A stretch of DNA of 64,000 nt, taken from NCBI GenBank assembly GCA_963667625.1, contig OY763921.1:1132359-1196358 (forward strand), given 5' to 3'. Origin of the DNA: Thermodesulfobacteriota bacterium. Lineage in GTDB: Bacteria > Desulfobacterota_D > UBA1144 > Nemesobacterales > Nemesobacteraceae. Positions 1-9,292 of the stretch are shown here, in pieces (position 1 is the first letter of the stretch; every line of letters starts with the position of its first letter). Both the position numbers and the translations under genes were made by a program. The notes under the pieces were generated by a model. It ran no database searches and was not told the DNA's origin. It worked only from the letters and a program-made list of their open reading frames with translations.

Positions 1-3000
1 CTTGAAGGCACGCCGAGTGGGTTAAGCACCATATCAACCGGCCTCCCGTCGGAAAGATAAGGCATATCTTCCTGCGGAAGTATTTTCGATACGACACCCT
101 TGTTGCCATGCCGTCCCGCCATTTTGTCACCGACCTGAAGCTTTCTTTTAACCGCAATGCGGACCTTAACCACTCTTAAAACCCCGGGAGGTAACTCATC
201 GGGCTTTTTCAGTTTTTCTATGCGTTGTTCATAGGCAGCGGACACGTAATCAATGCGTTTGAGAACTCTGCCAATTATTCCAGTCAGTTCTTCACCCGCT
301 TCGGGAAAGTCCTTTATCCTGACATCAACAAGCTTTTCTAAGGGAATAGCATCAAGAATCTCTTCGGTAATCTCCTGTCCGCTTTTAAGAATCGTCTTTC
401 TGTTAACCGTTATTTTGGAAAGCGAAGTTTTGCCGAGAACAATATGCTTTACTCTGTCAACCGCATCCCGCCTGAGAATACTTACCTCGTTTTCTCTCTC
501 TTCCATCAATTTTGAGATTTCTTGGTTCTCAATGTCCTGACTCCTCTCGTCCTTATCTACGGAGCGGGACACCAGAGTTTCAACATCTATCACGGTACCG
601 TATACCCCGGAAGAAACCTTGAGGGAGGAGTCCTTGACATCCCCGGCCTTATCTCCGAAAATTGCCCTTAAGAGCCTCTCTTCCGGAGAAAGCTGAGTTT
701 CGGCTTTTGGAGAAATTTTTCCAACCAGTATGTCCCCAGGCTCGACCTCGGCACCTATCATTATTATTCCGCTTTCATCCAGGTTCCTAAGTGCCTCTTC
801 GGACACATTAGGTATATCCCGGGTTATATCTTCTCTCCCGAGTTTTGTCTCCCTTGCCGTACACTCAAACTCCTCAATATGGATTGAAGTAAATGCGTCG
901 TCCTTTACAACCCTCTCGGATATCAAGATTGCGTCTTCAAAGTTGTATCCTCCCCATGGCATGAAAGCGACAACCATATTCTGTCCGAGCGCGAGTTCGC
1001 CACGGTCCGTCGAACATCCATCAGCTATTACCTGCCCTTTCTTCACCCGCTGCCCCTGGCGAACTATAGGATTCTGATTCCAGCAGGAGCTCTGGTTTGA
1101 GCGGTGGAACTTTATCAGGGGGTAGATATCCACCCCGCCTTCGCGGCTCCTTTCCGTAGACTTAACCACAATCCTAACCGCATCTACAGACTCCACTACG
1201 CCATCCCTGCGTGCGACAACCGTAACCCCGGAGTCCTTGGCCACCTTGCTTTCAAAACCCGTCCCCACAAGCGGCGAGACACTTTTTATCAGCGGCACGG
1301 CCTGGCGCTGCATATTGGAACCCATAAGGGCCCTGTTCGCGTCATCATGCTCAAGAAAGGGGATAAGAGAAGCCGAAACTGAGACAAGCTGCGAAGGGGA
1401 CACGTCCATAAACTCAACCTTCTCCCTCTCAACCATCATAAATTCGCCATTCCCCCTGGCGGAGACAAAAGGCAGTTTGAAAGACCCGTCCTCTTCAAGG
1501 GGGGCGTTTGCCTGGGCTACAATGTAATCCTCTTCCATAAGCGCGTTCATATAAACTATTTCGTCCGTAACACGCCCGTCCTTCACTTTCCTGTAAGGAG
1601 TCCGGATAAATCCGGATTCATCTATCTTCGCATAAGTGCTCAAGCTGGATATAAGTCCGATATTAGGACCTTCCGGAGTTTCTATAGGGCATATTCTTCC
1701 ATAATGGGAAGAGTGAACATCCCTTACTTCAAACCCCGCCCTCTCTCTGGTAAGACCACCTGGACCAAGCGCGCTCAGCCTTCTTTTATGGGTTATTTCC
1801 GACAGAGGATTGGTCTGATCCATGAACTGGGAAAGCTGACCCGTGGTGAAAAACTCCTTGAGAACCGATGTAACGGTTTTCGGGACGAGTACTTCATTAG
1901 GCATGAGGTTCTCTATAGTCTGGTACCCCATTTTTTCCTTTACGAACCGGGCAAGCCTCTCAAGACCATGATAAAAACGGTCCTCTATCAGTTCCCCGAC
2001 AGTTCTGACCCTTCGGTTGCCAAGATGGTCTATGTCGTCAGTAGACCCCCTTCCACCTTTCAAATCAAGCAGGTATTTCACGGTCAGAAGGATATCTTCC
2101 CTGTCCAAAGTAAGATGATCATCGCTCACGCCCTTCCTCTTGAGCTTGTAATTGATCTTGATCCGACCTACCTTCGAGAGTCTGTATGCATCTTGGGTGA
2201 AGAACATGTTTTCAAAGAAAGTCCGCGCGACTTCATCAGAAGGAGGATCCGTAGGCCTGAATTTCTTGTATATCTCCGTTATGGCTTCCTCACATGAATC
2301 CACCTTATCGGAAAGAAGTGTGGTCCGAAGAGAAGTCACGAACAAGGTCTTGTCTATGTAGTAGACTCTGAGGGTTTTTTTACCGACTCTGCGCAGTTCC
2401 TCAAGTTTCTCTTCTGTTATTTCCTCGTTGAAATCTAGTATTACTTCCCCCGTTTCGGGGTCGGAAACCACTTCGGCCGAGGGTTTTTCCATTATCTCTT
2501 CATTTGAAACGGGTATGGAAGTCATGTCGGCTTCTTTCAATCTTGGAAGGAGATTTTTCAGCCTTCTTCCCTTTCTACCTACAAGTTCGCCCGTTTCCGG
2601 GTGGTTTATATCCACAGTCACCTTCTGATAGGAGATTATTTCGGTGGTCGCTTCCTTTTTAAAACCCTCCTTCCCCACGTCGAAAACTTCCGCGGTTATT
2701 TCTTTTCGAATTTCTTGTGGTTCTATATGGAAAGTCTCCACGGGATAGAAAAAATCCATTATCTGCTGCTCATCATAACCCATGGCCTTGAGAAGGACGG
2801 TGACGTGGAATTTTTTCTTTCTGTCTATCCGAACATGGAGCATGTCTTTCAGATCATATTCAAAATCAAGCCAGCGACCGTTCTGAGGAACGATTCTCGC
2901 TATAAAAGATCCTTCCTTTCCGGACAACTGGCTCTTGCTTTTGTCCCGATCAAAAAATACTCCGGGAGATCTGTGGAGCTGGTTTACTATTACTCTTTCG

Positions 3001-3458
3001 GTTCCGTTTACTATAAAAGAACCGCTGGGGGTCATAAGCTGTACTTCCCCAAAGTATATCTCTTGCTCCTTAATGTCGCGGAACTGTCTTTCGGTATCTT
3101 TCTGTCTTTTTTCACCTTCAGGAATGTCCCAAATTATAAGACGGAAAGTTACATAAAGAGGAGCAGTGTAGGTATAGCCCTTAAGTCTGCATTCGGCAAA
3201 ATTGTACTTGGGTTCATCCAGCCTGTAGCTGAGATATTCCAAAGAAGCCTTGCCATTATAATCCTCAAGAGGAAAAACAGCCTTGAAGGCTCCGTGAAGA
3301 CCGGTGTCCGAACGCTCATCCGGAGGGACATCGGCCTGCAGAAAATCTTGGTACGATTTTATCTGTACATCAAGCAGGTGGGGGATATCCAGAACCTGGG
3401 GGATCTTCGAAAAATCTTTCCTTAATTCCTGAGACTCTATACTCTCTATGCTCAACAC
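1..3458 (-). CDS. rpoB: DNA-directed RNA polymerase beta subunit. N-terminal ~1150 aa; the gene runs off the window start.
   Basis: Minus-strand translation from the GTG/TTG at 3455-3458 gives VLSIESIESQELRKDFSKIPQVLDIPHLLDVQIKSYQDF. Window positions 1-80 encode ...EDMPYLSDGRPVDMVLNPLGVPS. It lies downstream of rplL as in the conserved rplKAJL-rpoBC order. The ORF track shows no minus-strand ORF here only because no stop codon falls inside the window. Confidence 0.9.
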   Translation of the reverse strand, partial: MLSIESIESQELRKDFSKIPQVLDIPHLLDVQIKSYQDFLQADVPPDERSDTGLHGAFKAVFPLEDYNGKASLEYLSYRLDEPKYNFAECRLKGYTYTAPLYVTFRLIIWDIPEGEKRQKDTERQFRDIKEQEIYFGEVQLMTPSGSFIVNGTERVIVNQLHRSPGVFFDRDKSKSQLSGKEGSFIARIVPQNGRWLDFEYDLKDMLHVRIDRKKKFHVTVLLKAMGYDEQQIMDFFYPVETFHIEPQEIRKEITAEVFDVGKEGFKKEATTEIISYQKVTVDINHPETGELVGRKGRRLKNLLPRLKEADMTSIPVSNEEIMEKPSAEVVSDPETGEVILDFNEEITEEKLEELRRVGKKTLRVYYIDKTLFVTSLRTTLLSDKVDSCEEAITEIYKKFRPTDPPSDEVARTFFENMFFTQDAYRLSKVGRIKINYKLKRKGVSDDHLTLDREDILLTVKYLLDLKGGRGSTDDIDHLGNRRVRTVGELIEDRFYHGLERLARFVKEKMGYQTIENLMPNEVLVPKTVTSVLKEFFTTGQLSQFMDQTNPLSEITHKRRLSALGPGGLTRERAGFEVRDVHSSHYGRICPIETPEGPNIGLISSLSTYAKIDESGFIRTPYRKVKDGRVTDEIVYMNALMEEDYIVAQANAPLEEDGSFKLPFVSARGNGEFMMVEREKVEFMDVSPSQLVSVSASLIPFLEHDDANRALMGSNMQRQAVPLIKSVSPLVGTGFESKVAKDSGVTVVARRDGVVESVDAVRIVVKSTERSREGGVDIYPLIKFHRSNQSSCWNQNPIVRQGQRVKKGQVIADGCSTDRGELALGQNMVVAFMPWGGYNFEDAILISERVVKDDAFTSIHIEEFECTARETKLGREDITRDIPNVSEEALRNLDESGIIMIGAEVEPGDILVGKISPKAETQLSPEERLLRAIFGDKAGDVKDSSLKVSSGVYGTVIDVETLVSRSVDKDERSQDIENQEISKLMEERENEVSILRRDAVDRVKHIVLGKTSLSKITVNRKTILKSGQEITEEILDAIPLEKLVDVRIKDFPEAGEELTGIIGRVLKRIDYVSAAYEQRIEKLKKPDELPPGVLRVVKVRIAVKRKLQVGDKMAGRHGNKGVVSKILPQEDMPYLSDGRPVDMVLNPLGVPS

Positions 3459-3508
3459 GCACCCCCTCGTTTTTTAATTTAAGTGAAAATAACCGAAGAA
3501 AATTATGG

Positions 3509-3892
3509 TCAGTTAACTTCAACGGTCGCCCCGGCGTCTTCAAGCTTTTTCTTGATATCTTCAGCCTCATCCTTGCTAACTCCCTCTTTTACGGGTTTGG
3601 GAGCTCCTTCAACAAGCTCTTTGGATTCCTTGAGTCCAAGACCCGCAATTTCCCTTACCGCCTTTATGACCTGTATTTTCTTGTCTCCGAAAGAACCGAG
3701 AATTACATTAAACTCAGTCTTCTCTTCGGCCGCAGGAGCGGCTTCGGCACCGGCAGCAGCGGCAACAGCGACTTGCGGCACAGCGGCCTGAACACCAAAC
3801 TTTTCCTTTATTTCCTCTATCAGTTCGGATATCTCAAGCATGCTGGCTTGTTCAAGATAGGTGACAACGTCTGTTCTACTAATATCGGGCAT
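3509..3892 (-). CDS. rplL: 50S ribosomal protein L7/L12
   Basis: 127 aa with an Ala-rich hinge ([13 protein letters not shown]) and the C-terminal [11 protein letters not shown] typical of L7/L12. Position matches the conserved operon. Confidence 0.9.
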   Translation of the reverse strand: MPDISRTDVVTYLEQASMLEISELIEEIKEKFGVQAAVPQVAVAAAAGAEAAPAAEEKTEFNVILGSFGDKKIQVIKAVREIAGLGLKESKELVEGAPKPVKEGVSKDEAEDIKKKLEDAGATVEVN

Positions 3893-3928
3893 TTTTATTC
3901 CTCCTTGATAAAACAGTTCTACATCTTT

Positions 3929-4450
3929 TTATTTAGTCTTCTTTTCTTTTAAACCTTCTAGTACATTGACAATATTTGAGCGTGCCTGCTCCAAGACTCC
4001 CACAAGGTTGCCCATCGGAGCACTAAGCAGGCCCACAAACTCGGAGATAAGCTCCTGTCTTGACGGAAGCTTTGCTATCTGCTCTATTCTGGATATATCG
4101 ACTACTTCTCCTTCAAATATCCCGCCCTTTATCCTGATTTCCGGGAAATCCTCGCTGTAATCAACAAAAACCTTCGCTACCGCGGAAGATTCCCCATCAC
4201 AAATAGCAATCGCTGTGGGACCCGAAAAAAGATCTTTCATTTTTTCTATATCCGTTCCTAGTGAAGCTTTTTCCAGAAGGGTGTTCTTTACAACCCTAAA
4301 CTCCGTATTAGTCTGCCTAAGTTTTTTCCTCAGGACGTCCATCTCGTTTACCTTAAGTCCTTGGTATTCGACAACGAACATCGAAGAAACGGATTGGAAC
4401 CTGGATGCCAAGTCGTCAACTACTTTCTGCTTTTCGGCTTTACTGAGCAT
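3929..4450 (-). CDS. rplJ: 50S ribosomal protein L10
   Basis: 173-aa ORF immediately upstream of rplL in the conserved order. N-terminal MLSKAEKQKVVDDL is L10-like. Confidence 0.85.
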   Translation of the reverse strand: MLSKAEKQKVVDDLASRFQSVSSMFVVEYQGLKVNEMDVLRKKLRQTNTEFRVVKNTLLEKASLGTDIEKMKDLFSGPTAIAICDGESSAVAKVFVDYSEDFPEIRIKGGIFEGEVVDISRIEQIAKLPSRQELISEFVGLLSAPMGNLVGVLEQARSNIVNVLEGLKEKKTK

Positions 4451-4486
4451 AGTCTCTCTCTTCTCGTATCTAGTTTCGCGTTACGT

Positions 4487-5212
4487 TCACGCGGCAATTC
4501 CCATACTTTTAAGTTCGTTTCTAATATCCGGCACACTCACTCCGATACCAGGACCCATGGTCGCCGACACCGAAACTCTCTTCAAGAAAACGCCCTTAGA
4601 AGCAACAGGTTTTTCTTTGATCAAAAAACTCATAAAGGCAAGGAAGTTCTCTTTCAGGTTCTGTTTTCCGAAAGAGACTTTTCCAACAGGAGCGTGTATA
4701 ACCCCGCTTTTGTCATTTCTGATTTCAACACGACCGGCCTTCGATTCTTTGACCATGTTAGCAACGTCCGAAGTTACAGTACCTACCTTTGGACTCGGCA
4801 TCAGTCCTCTTGGCCCCAGAACTTTTCCCAGTCTGCCAACTTTCGACATCACGTCAGGAGTTGCTATAGCGACGTCAAAATCAAGCCAGTTCTCCTTAGA
4901 AATTTTCTCCACTATATCTTCAAGACCCACATAATCGGCCCCGGCATCTTTTGCCTCGACTGCCTTGTCATCCGTTGCAAACACAAGGACCGTCATTTTT
5001 TTCCCGAGACCGTGAGGCAACACGAGTGCGGAACGAATCTGCTGGTTCGCATGTCTGGGGTCTATGCCGAGATTTACGGCTATATCCACCGTTTCATCAA
5101 ATTTCGCGTAGTGGGCCTGCGCCACAAGCTCCATGGCCTCATCAACCGTGTACTCTTTGCGGGAATCCACTTTGCCACTTACGTCAATATATTTTTTTCC
5201 TCTGGTGGTCAT
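4487..5212 (-). CDS. rplA: 50S ribosomal protein L1
   Basis: 241 aa, MTTRGKKYIDVSGKVD...; operon context. Confidence 0.85.
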   Translation of the reverse strand: MTTRGKKYIDVSGKVDSRKEYTVDEAMELVAQAHYAKFDETVDIAVNLGIDPRHANQQIRSALVLPHGLGKKMTVLVFATDDKAVEAKDAGADYVGLEDIVEKISKENWLDFDVAIATPDVMSKVGRLGKVLGPRGLMPSPKVGTVTSDVANMVKESKAGRVEIRNDKSGVIHAPVGKVSFGKQNLKENFLAFMSFLIKEKPVASKGVFLKRVSVSATMGPGIGVSVPDIRNELKSMGIAA

Positions 5213-5228
5213 GAAGTCTCTCCAAACT

Positions 5229-5648
5229 TTATCCTTCTATATCAATTCCCATGCTTCTCGCGGTACCACGCACAACCATCAAGGCCGCATCAATTTCATC
5301 AGTATTGAGATCCTCAAGCTTTCTTTGCGCTATCTCCCTTGCTTGTTCCTCCGTAATCTTGCCGGCTTTGGTCCTCGGAGTGGACCCTGAACCTTTTTCT
5401 ACACCCGCAGCTTTTTTCAGCAGGTAAGAAGTAGGAGGAGTCTTTATCTGAAGATCAAAAGACCTGTCCGCATAAACGGTCACCGTAACCGGAAGAAGCC
5501 CTTCGGAAGAAGACGTCTGGGCATTAAAAGCCTTGCAGAATTCCATTATGTTCACGCCTCTTTGTCCGAGCGCGGGACCCACCGGAGGCGAAGGGGATGC
5601 TTTTCCCGCCTCAATCAGCAACTTTATGTAACCGCTTATTTTCTTCAT
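5229..5648 (-). CDS. rplK: 50S ribosomal protein L11
   Basis: 139 aa with [23 protein letters not shown], the L11 signature. Confidence 0.9.
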   Translation of the reverse strand: MKKISGYIKLLIEAGKASPSPPVGPALGQRGVNIMEFCKAFNAQTSSSEGLLPVTVTVYADRSFDLQIKTPPTSYLLKKAAGVEKGSGSTPRTKAGKITEEQAREIAQRKLEDLNTDEIDAALMVVRGTARSMGIDIEG

Positions 5649-6209
5649 CTAGATTTTCTCCACCTGATTAAAATCAAGCTCTATGGGTGTGGTTCTGCCA
5701 AAAATGCTGACCAGCACCTGCACTCTGGCTTTTTCGGGTTTTACATCTTCTATAATTCCAGAGAAATTGGCAAAAGGACCTTCTATAACTCTTACAGGTT
5801 CTCCCTTTTCAAAAGCGACACTCGGCTTGGGCTTGAGCGTGCCCTCTTTTGCCCTTGTCTTTATCTCATTAATTTTTTCTTCGTCAACTTCGGGAATGGA
5901 ATCAATATTTATCTTTCCATCAACCGGGCGGCCTCCCACGAAACTTATGACTTTCGGTATCTCCCGTACAAAATCTAGGGTTTCCTTGTTAAGTTCCATT
6001 TTAAGCATTATATATCCGGGAAAGAATTTCCTAATAGACGTTCTCTTCCTCCCGCCTTTCTGTGTTTCAACTACTGTCTCAGTAGGAATAAAAACCTCGT
6101 CAATGGCAAGGTTTTCATTGTTCATGCTCTCTATCCCGTTTTCTATCTGGGTTTTAACCCTTTCCTCAAAACCGGTATTTACGTGTACTATGTACCACTT
6201 GCTCGGCAT
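5649..6209 (-). CDS. nusG: Transcription termination/antitermination factor NusG
   Basis: 186 aa with MPSKWYIVHVNTGFEE and a C-terminal KOW-like region. It lies between secE and rplK. Confidence 0.85.
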   Translation of the reverse strand: MPSKWYIVHVNTGFEERVKTQIENGIESMNNENLAIDEVFIPTETVVETQKGGRKRTSIRKFFPGYIMLKMELNKETLDFVREIPKVISFVGGRPVDGKINIDSIPEVDEEKINEIKTRAKEGTLKPKPSVAFEKGEPVRVIEGPFANFSGIIEDVKPEKARVQVLVSIFGRTTPIELDFNQVEKI

Positions 6210-6234
6210 CCGAAAACTGCTCCCGATTCGTTCT

Positions 6235-6438
6235 TTAACTCAATATAAGACCAAACAGAAAAGAGAACACGTAATCGGCCAGCATAAAAAAGAGTGCAAA
6301 AAACGCGGTAATAATAACAACCACTAAGGTTGATTTAACCGTATCTTTACGCTCGGGCCAGGTTATTCTTTTCAGTTCTGTAGCAACACCGCTGAGATAC
6401 CTGGTCGTATCAACTTTGATCCTGTCAAATTTTTCCAT
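6235..6438 (-). CDS. secE: Preprotein translocase subunit SecE
   Basis: A small membrane protein upstream of nusG. The ORF-track start at 6480 would overlap tRNA-Trp, so the internal Met (MEKFDRIK...) at 6438 is the likely true start. Confidence 0.75.
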   Translation of the reverse strand: MEKFDRIKVDTTRYLSGVATELKRITWPERKDTVKSTLVVVIITAFFALFFMLADYVFSFLFGLILS

Positions 6439-6453
6439 AACTTGGCTTTTCTG

Positions 6454-6526
6454 CAGGGCAGGAGGGTCTCGAACCCCCAACCTGCGGTTTTGGAGACCGC
6501 TGCTCTACCAATTGAGCTACTGCCCT
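6454..6526 (-). tRNA. tRNA-Trp (anticodon CCA)
   Basis: Minus-strand sequence AGGGCAGTAGCTCAATTGGTAGAGCAGCGGTCTCCAAAACCGC...GGTTCGAGACCCTCCTGCCCTG has a cloverleaf and anticodon loop CUCCAAA. It sits between tuf and secE as in many bacteria. Confidence 0.85.
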
Positions 6527-6549
6527 GTAGAGTCTTCTCTTATTACTCA

Positions 6550-7734
6550 TCACTCAATGATCTCAGTTACTACGCCTGCCCCAACTGTTCTTCCACCCTC
6601 TCTTATCGCAAAACGCAACTGCTCTTCCATCGCCACAGGCGCTATCAACTCCACTTCCATACTCACATTGTCCCCAGGCATCACCATCTCTACCCCCTCA
6701 GGCAATATCACCGACCCCGTTACATCCGTCGTCCTTAAATAAAACTGCGGCCGGTACCCTGGAAAAAACGGCGTGTGCCTTCCCCCCTCTTCCTTCTTTA
6801 ACACATACACCTCAGCCTTGAACTTCCTGTGCGGCTTTATGCTCCCTGGCGCACTCAACACCTGCCCCCTCTCTACATCTTCCTTCCCCGTCCCCCTGAG
6901 CAACACTCCCACATTGTCCCCTGCCTGCGCATCATCCAGTATCTTGCGGAACATCTCCAAACTCGTCGCCACAGTCTTTGTCGTCTCTTTAAACCCTACT
7001 ATCTCTATCTCGTTCCCCGCCACTATCCTTCCCCTCTCCACTCTCCCAGTTACCACCGTGCCCCTCCCAGATATCGTGAACACATCCTCTATCGCCATCA
7101 AAAACGGCTTGTCCATGTCCCTCTCAGGCTCCGGTATGTAACCGTCTATCTGATCCATTAACTCCACCACCTGCTCCCCTGCCCCAGCATCCCCCTCTAT
7201 CGCCTTAAGCGCGCTTACCTTCACCACCGGTATGTCATCCCCTGGAAACCCATACTCGCCCAGCAACTCCCTTATCTCCAACTCAACCAACTCCAACAAC
7301 TCCTCGTCATCCAGCATGTCTATCTTGTTTAGCGCCACCACTATGTACGGCACTCCCACCTGCCTCGCCAACAGTATGTGCTCCCTCGTCTGCGGCATCG
7401 GCCCATCCGGTGCACTCACTACCAACACTGCCCCGTCCATCTGCGCCGCTCCCGTTATCATGTTCTTTACATAGTCAGCATGCCCAGGACAGTCCACGTG
7501 AGCGTAATGCCGCCCTTCCGTCTCATACTCCACGTGCGCTATGTTTATCGTTATCCCCCGCTCCCTCTCTTCAGGCGCCTTGTCTATGTTGTCAAACTCC
7601 ACGTACTCCGCCTGCCCACGCTTTGACAGTATGTTCGTTATCGCCGCCGTTAACGTCGTCTTCCCATGATCCACATGCCCTATCGTCCCTATGTTTAAAT
7701 GCGGCTTCCCCCTCTCAAACTTAGCCTTAGACAT
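6550..7734 (-). CDS. tuf: Elongation factor Tu
   Basis: [33 protein letters not shown]... is unmistakably EF-Tu. The ORF-track extension to 7779 is an artefact that runs into the tRNA region. Confidence 0.95.
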   Translation of the reverse strand: MSKAKFERGKPHLNIGTIGHVDHGKTTLTAAITNILSKRGQAEYVEFDNIDKAPEERERGITINIAHVEYETEGRHYAHVDCPGHADYVKNMITGAAQMDGAVLVVSAPDGPMPQTREHILLARQVGVPYIVVALNKIDMLDDEELLELVELEIRELLGEYGFPGDDIPVVKVSALKAIEGDAGAGEQVVELMDQIDGYIPEPERDMDKPFLMAIEDVFTISGRGTVVTGRVERGRIVAGNEIEIVGFKETTKTVATSLEMFRKILDDAQAGDNVGVLLRGTGKEDVERGQVLSAPGSIKPHRKFKAEVYVLKKEEGGRHTPFFPGYRPQFYLRTTDVTGSVILPEGVEMVMPGDNVSMEVELIAPVAMEEQLRFAIREGGRTVGAGVVTEIIE

Positions 7735-7785
7735 CTCTTGTTGACCTCCGATCTTTTCTAATATTTTGCAAACCGCCAAGCATCA

Positions 7786-7858
7786 AGCCCACGAGCGGAC
7801 TTGAACCGCCGACCTCGTCCTTACCAAGGACGTGCTCTACCGACTGAGCTACGTGGGC
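7786..7858 (-). tRNA. tRNA-Thr (anticodon GGT)
   Basis: Minus-strand cloverleaf with acceptor GCCCACG/CGTGGGC and anticodon loop UUGGUAA. Confidence 0.8.
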
Positions 7859-7871
7859 GTTTCTAAAAACG

Positions 7872-7945
7872 AGCGGGAGACGGGGCTCGAACCCGCGACC
7901 CTCAGCTTGGAAGGCTGATGCTCTAGCCAACTGAGCTACTCCCGC
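7872..7945 (-). tRNA. tRNA-Gly (anticodon TCC)
   Basis: Acceptor GCGGGAG/CTCCCGC and anticodon loop CUUCCAA on the minus strand, with GGTTCGAGCCCCG as the T-arm. Confidence 0.8.
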
Positions 7946-7955
7946 GCGAAATCTT

Positions 7956-8038
7956 TGGGGAGGGCAGGATTCGAACCTACGTAGGCTTTCGCCGGCAGAT
8001 TTACAGTCTGCTGCTTTTGTCCACTCAGCCACCTCCCC
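7956..8038 (-). tRNA. tRNA-Tyr (anticodon GTA), long variable arm
   Basis: Acceptor GGGGAGG/CCTCCCC, anticodon loop CUGUAAA, T-arm GGTTCGAATCC, ~83 nt. Confidence 0.8.
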
Positions 8039-8058
8039 GTCATATTCATCAAACAGAG

Positions 8059-8130
8059 AGCTGGCGAAGGGATTCGAACCCCCGACCGGCTGATTACAAA
8101 TCAGCTGCTCTACCCCTGAGCTACGCCAGC
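8059..8130 (-). tRNA. tRNA-Thr (anticodon TGT)
   Basis: Acceptor GCTGGCG/CGCCAGC, anticodon loop UUUGUAA, T-arm GGTTCGAATCC. Confidence 0.8.
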
Positions 8131-8305
8131 TTTTTATTTTTATGAATTCTGGATTCACTTGTCTGACCAACTTGGAATTGGGTAAAACAACCCTTTTTAC
8201 AGTAAACAATATATACTATTGCTATAAACGGAAATGTCAATAATCAACAAGCGAAAAAATAATTAAAAAGTTGCGGGAATCCAGGGTGAGAAAACCGACC
8301 GGGAA

Positions 8306-8746
8306 TCATACTAGGCAAGCGGAAATCTCTGCCTGTGCCACTTCTTTTCCATCCACAGAAGCCTTCGCTGAAAAAAATATTATTCTCGATCTTCTTCTCA
8401 CCAGTTCCACCTCAAGAATCACCTTGTCACCCGGAACCACCGGGGCTCTGAACCGGCAACGATCAAGACCCATCAAATAGGCATTGTCAAAACCCTCTTT
8501 TTTCAGCTCTTCTCCAAAAGAATAATTAAAGAGCACTCCCCCAGCCTGGGCCATTGCTTCGGTAACTATCACTCCTGGAACTATAGGGTTGCCGGGGAAA
8601 TGTCCTCTGAAAAAAAATTCCTCTGGGGAAAACAGCTTCTCGGCGGCAATCTTTTTGCCCTTTTCAATTTCCAAAACAGAGTCAACGAACAGAAAAGGTT
8701 CTCTGTGAGGAATAAGTTCCTTTATTTCATCTACACCCAACTTCAT
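8306..8746 (-). CDS. fabZ: 3-hydroxyacyl-ACP dehydratase FabZ
   Basis: 146 aa with HFPGNPIVPGVIVTEAMAQ and LMGLDRCRFRAPVVPGD, the hotdog-fold FabZ signatures. Confidence 0.9.
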   Translation of the reverse strand: MKLGVDEIKELIPHREPFLFVDSVLEIEKGKKIAAEKLFSPEEFFFRGHFPGNPIVPGVIVTEAMAQAGGVLFNYSFGEELKKEGFDNAYLMGLDRCRFRAPVVPGDKVILEVELVRRRSRIIFFSAKASVDGKEVAQAEISACLV

Positions 8747-9256
8747 TTATCTGGAAGCGTCGTAAACCGATATGACTTTCTTGGTTATGTCTGTAGCTGG
8801 GCTGCCGAAGAGAATACCTGCCTCGGTTTTTTCGACGATAATGTCGAATCCTTCCTCCTGACCTATTTTGTTAACTATAGCTTCTATATCCTTAAGGACG
8901 TTCTGGGTCAACTGGAGATCCTTCCTCTGAAGTTCAATTCTTATGTCCTCTCTAGTCCTCTCCATATCCTTCTGCTTTTTCTCTATGGTCTCGGCAAGGT
9001 TTCTTCTTTTGCTTTCGCTCATCACCGCTCCGTTTTGTATGACATCCTGCCTCATGTCTTCAAGAGCTTTTCTCTTCTGCTCTATTACGGCCCTTTTGGC
9101 TTCAACTTCCTTCTGGAACGAAGCATTGGCGGCCTTTCCGGCCTTTGAATCCCTGATAACCTGCTTAATATCTATGTAAGCTATTTTCTGCTGAGCGTAA
9201 GCAGAAAATGTAAATAACATGAAAAATCCGGCAGCAAGTAAAAAACATCTTCTCAT
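8747..9256 (-). CDS. skp: Periplasmic chaperone Skp/OmpH
   Basis: 169 aa with a signal peptide and coiled-coil K/E/Q-rich sequence (OmpH family), directly downstream of bamA. Confidence 0.8.
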   Translation of the reverse strand: MRRCFLLAAGFFMLFTFSAYAQQKIAYIDIKQVIRDSKAGKAANASFQKEVEAKRAVIEQKRKALEDMRQDVIQNGAVMSESKRRNLAETIEKKQKDMERTREDIRIELQRKDLQLTQNVLKDIEAIVNKIGQEEGFDIIVEKTEAGILFGSPATDITKKVISVYDASR

Positions 9257-9292
9257 TTAATCCAATGCCTCCTTAAGAAATAAATTGCCTGA

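Noticed and set aside
253-3425. Several plus-strand ORFs (95-274 aa) reported across 1-3.4 kb
   Set aside because: They are antisense to the rpoB coding sequence, which fills the minus strand here. Their products are low-complexity and Ser/Leu-rich with no motifs.
3370-3570. Possible attenuator or terminator between rplL and rpoB
   Set aside because: No convincing hairpin plus U-tract could be identified by eye. Left unannotated.
4361-5308. 315-aa plus-strand ORF and other long plus-strand ORFs over the rplJ/rplA/rplK/nusG region
   Set aside because: They are antisense to well-supported ribosomal protein genes. The sequences are Arg/His-rich and nonsensical.
6480-7779. Longer N-terminal extensions in the ORF track for secE, tuf, lysS, gmk, truB and the NucC-like gene
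   Set aside because: The extensions overlap tRNAs or upstream genes. Canonical N-termini begin at internal Met codons ([10 protein letters not shown] for EF-Tu, and so on).
7727-8209. 160-aa minus-strand ORF spanning the tRNA cluster
   Set aside because: It runs straight through four clear tRNA genes and is an artefact of the open frame.
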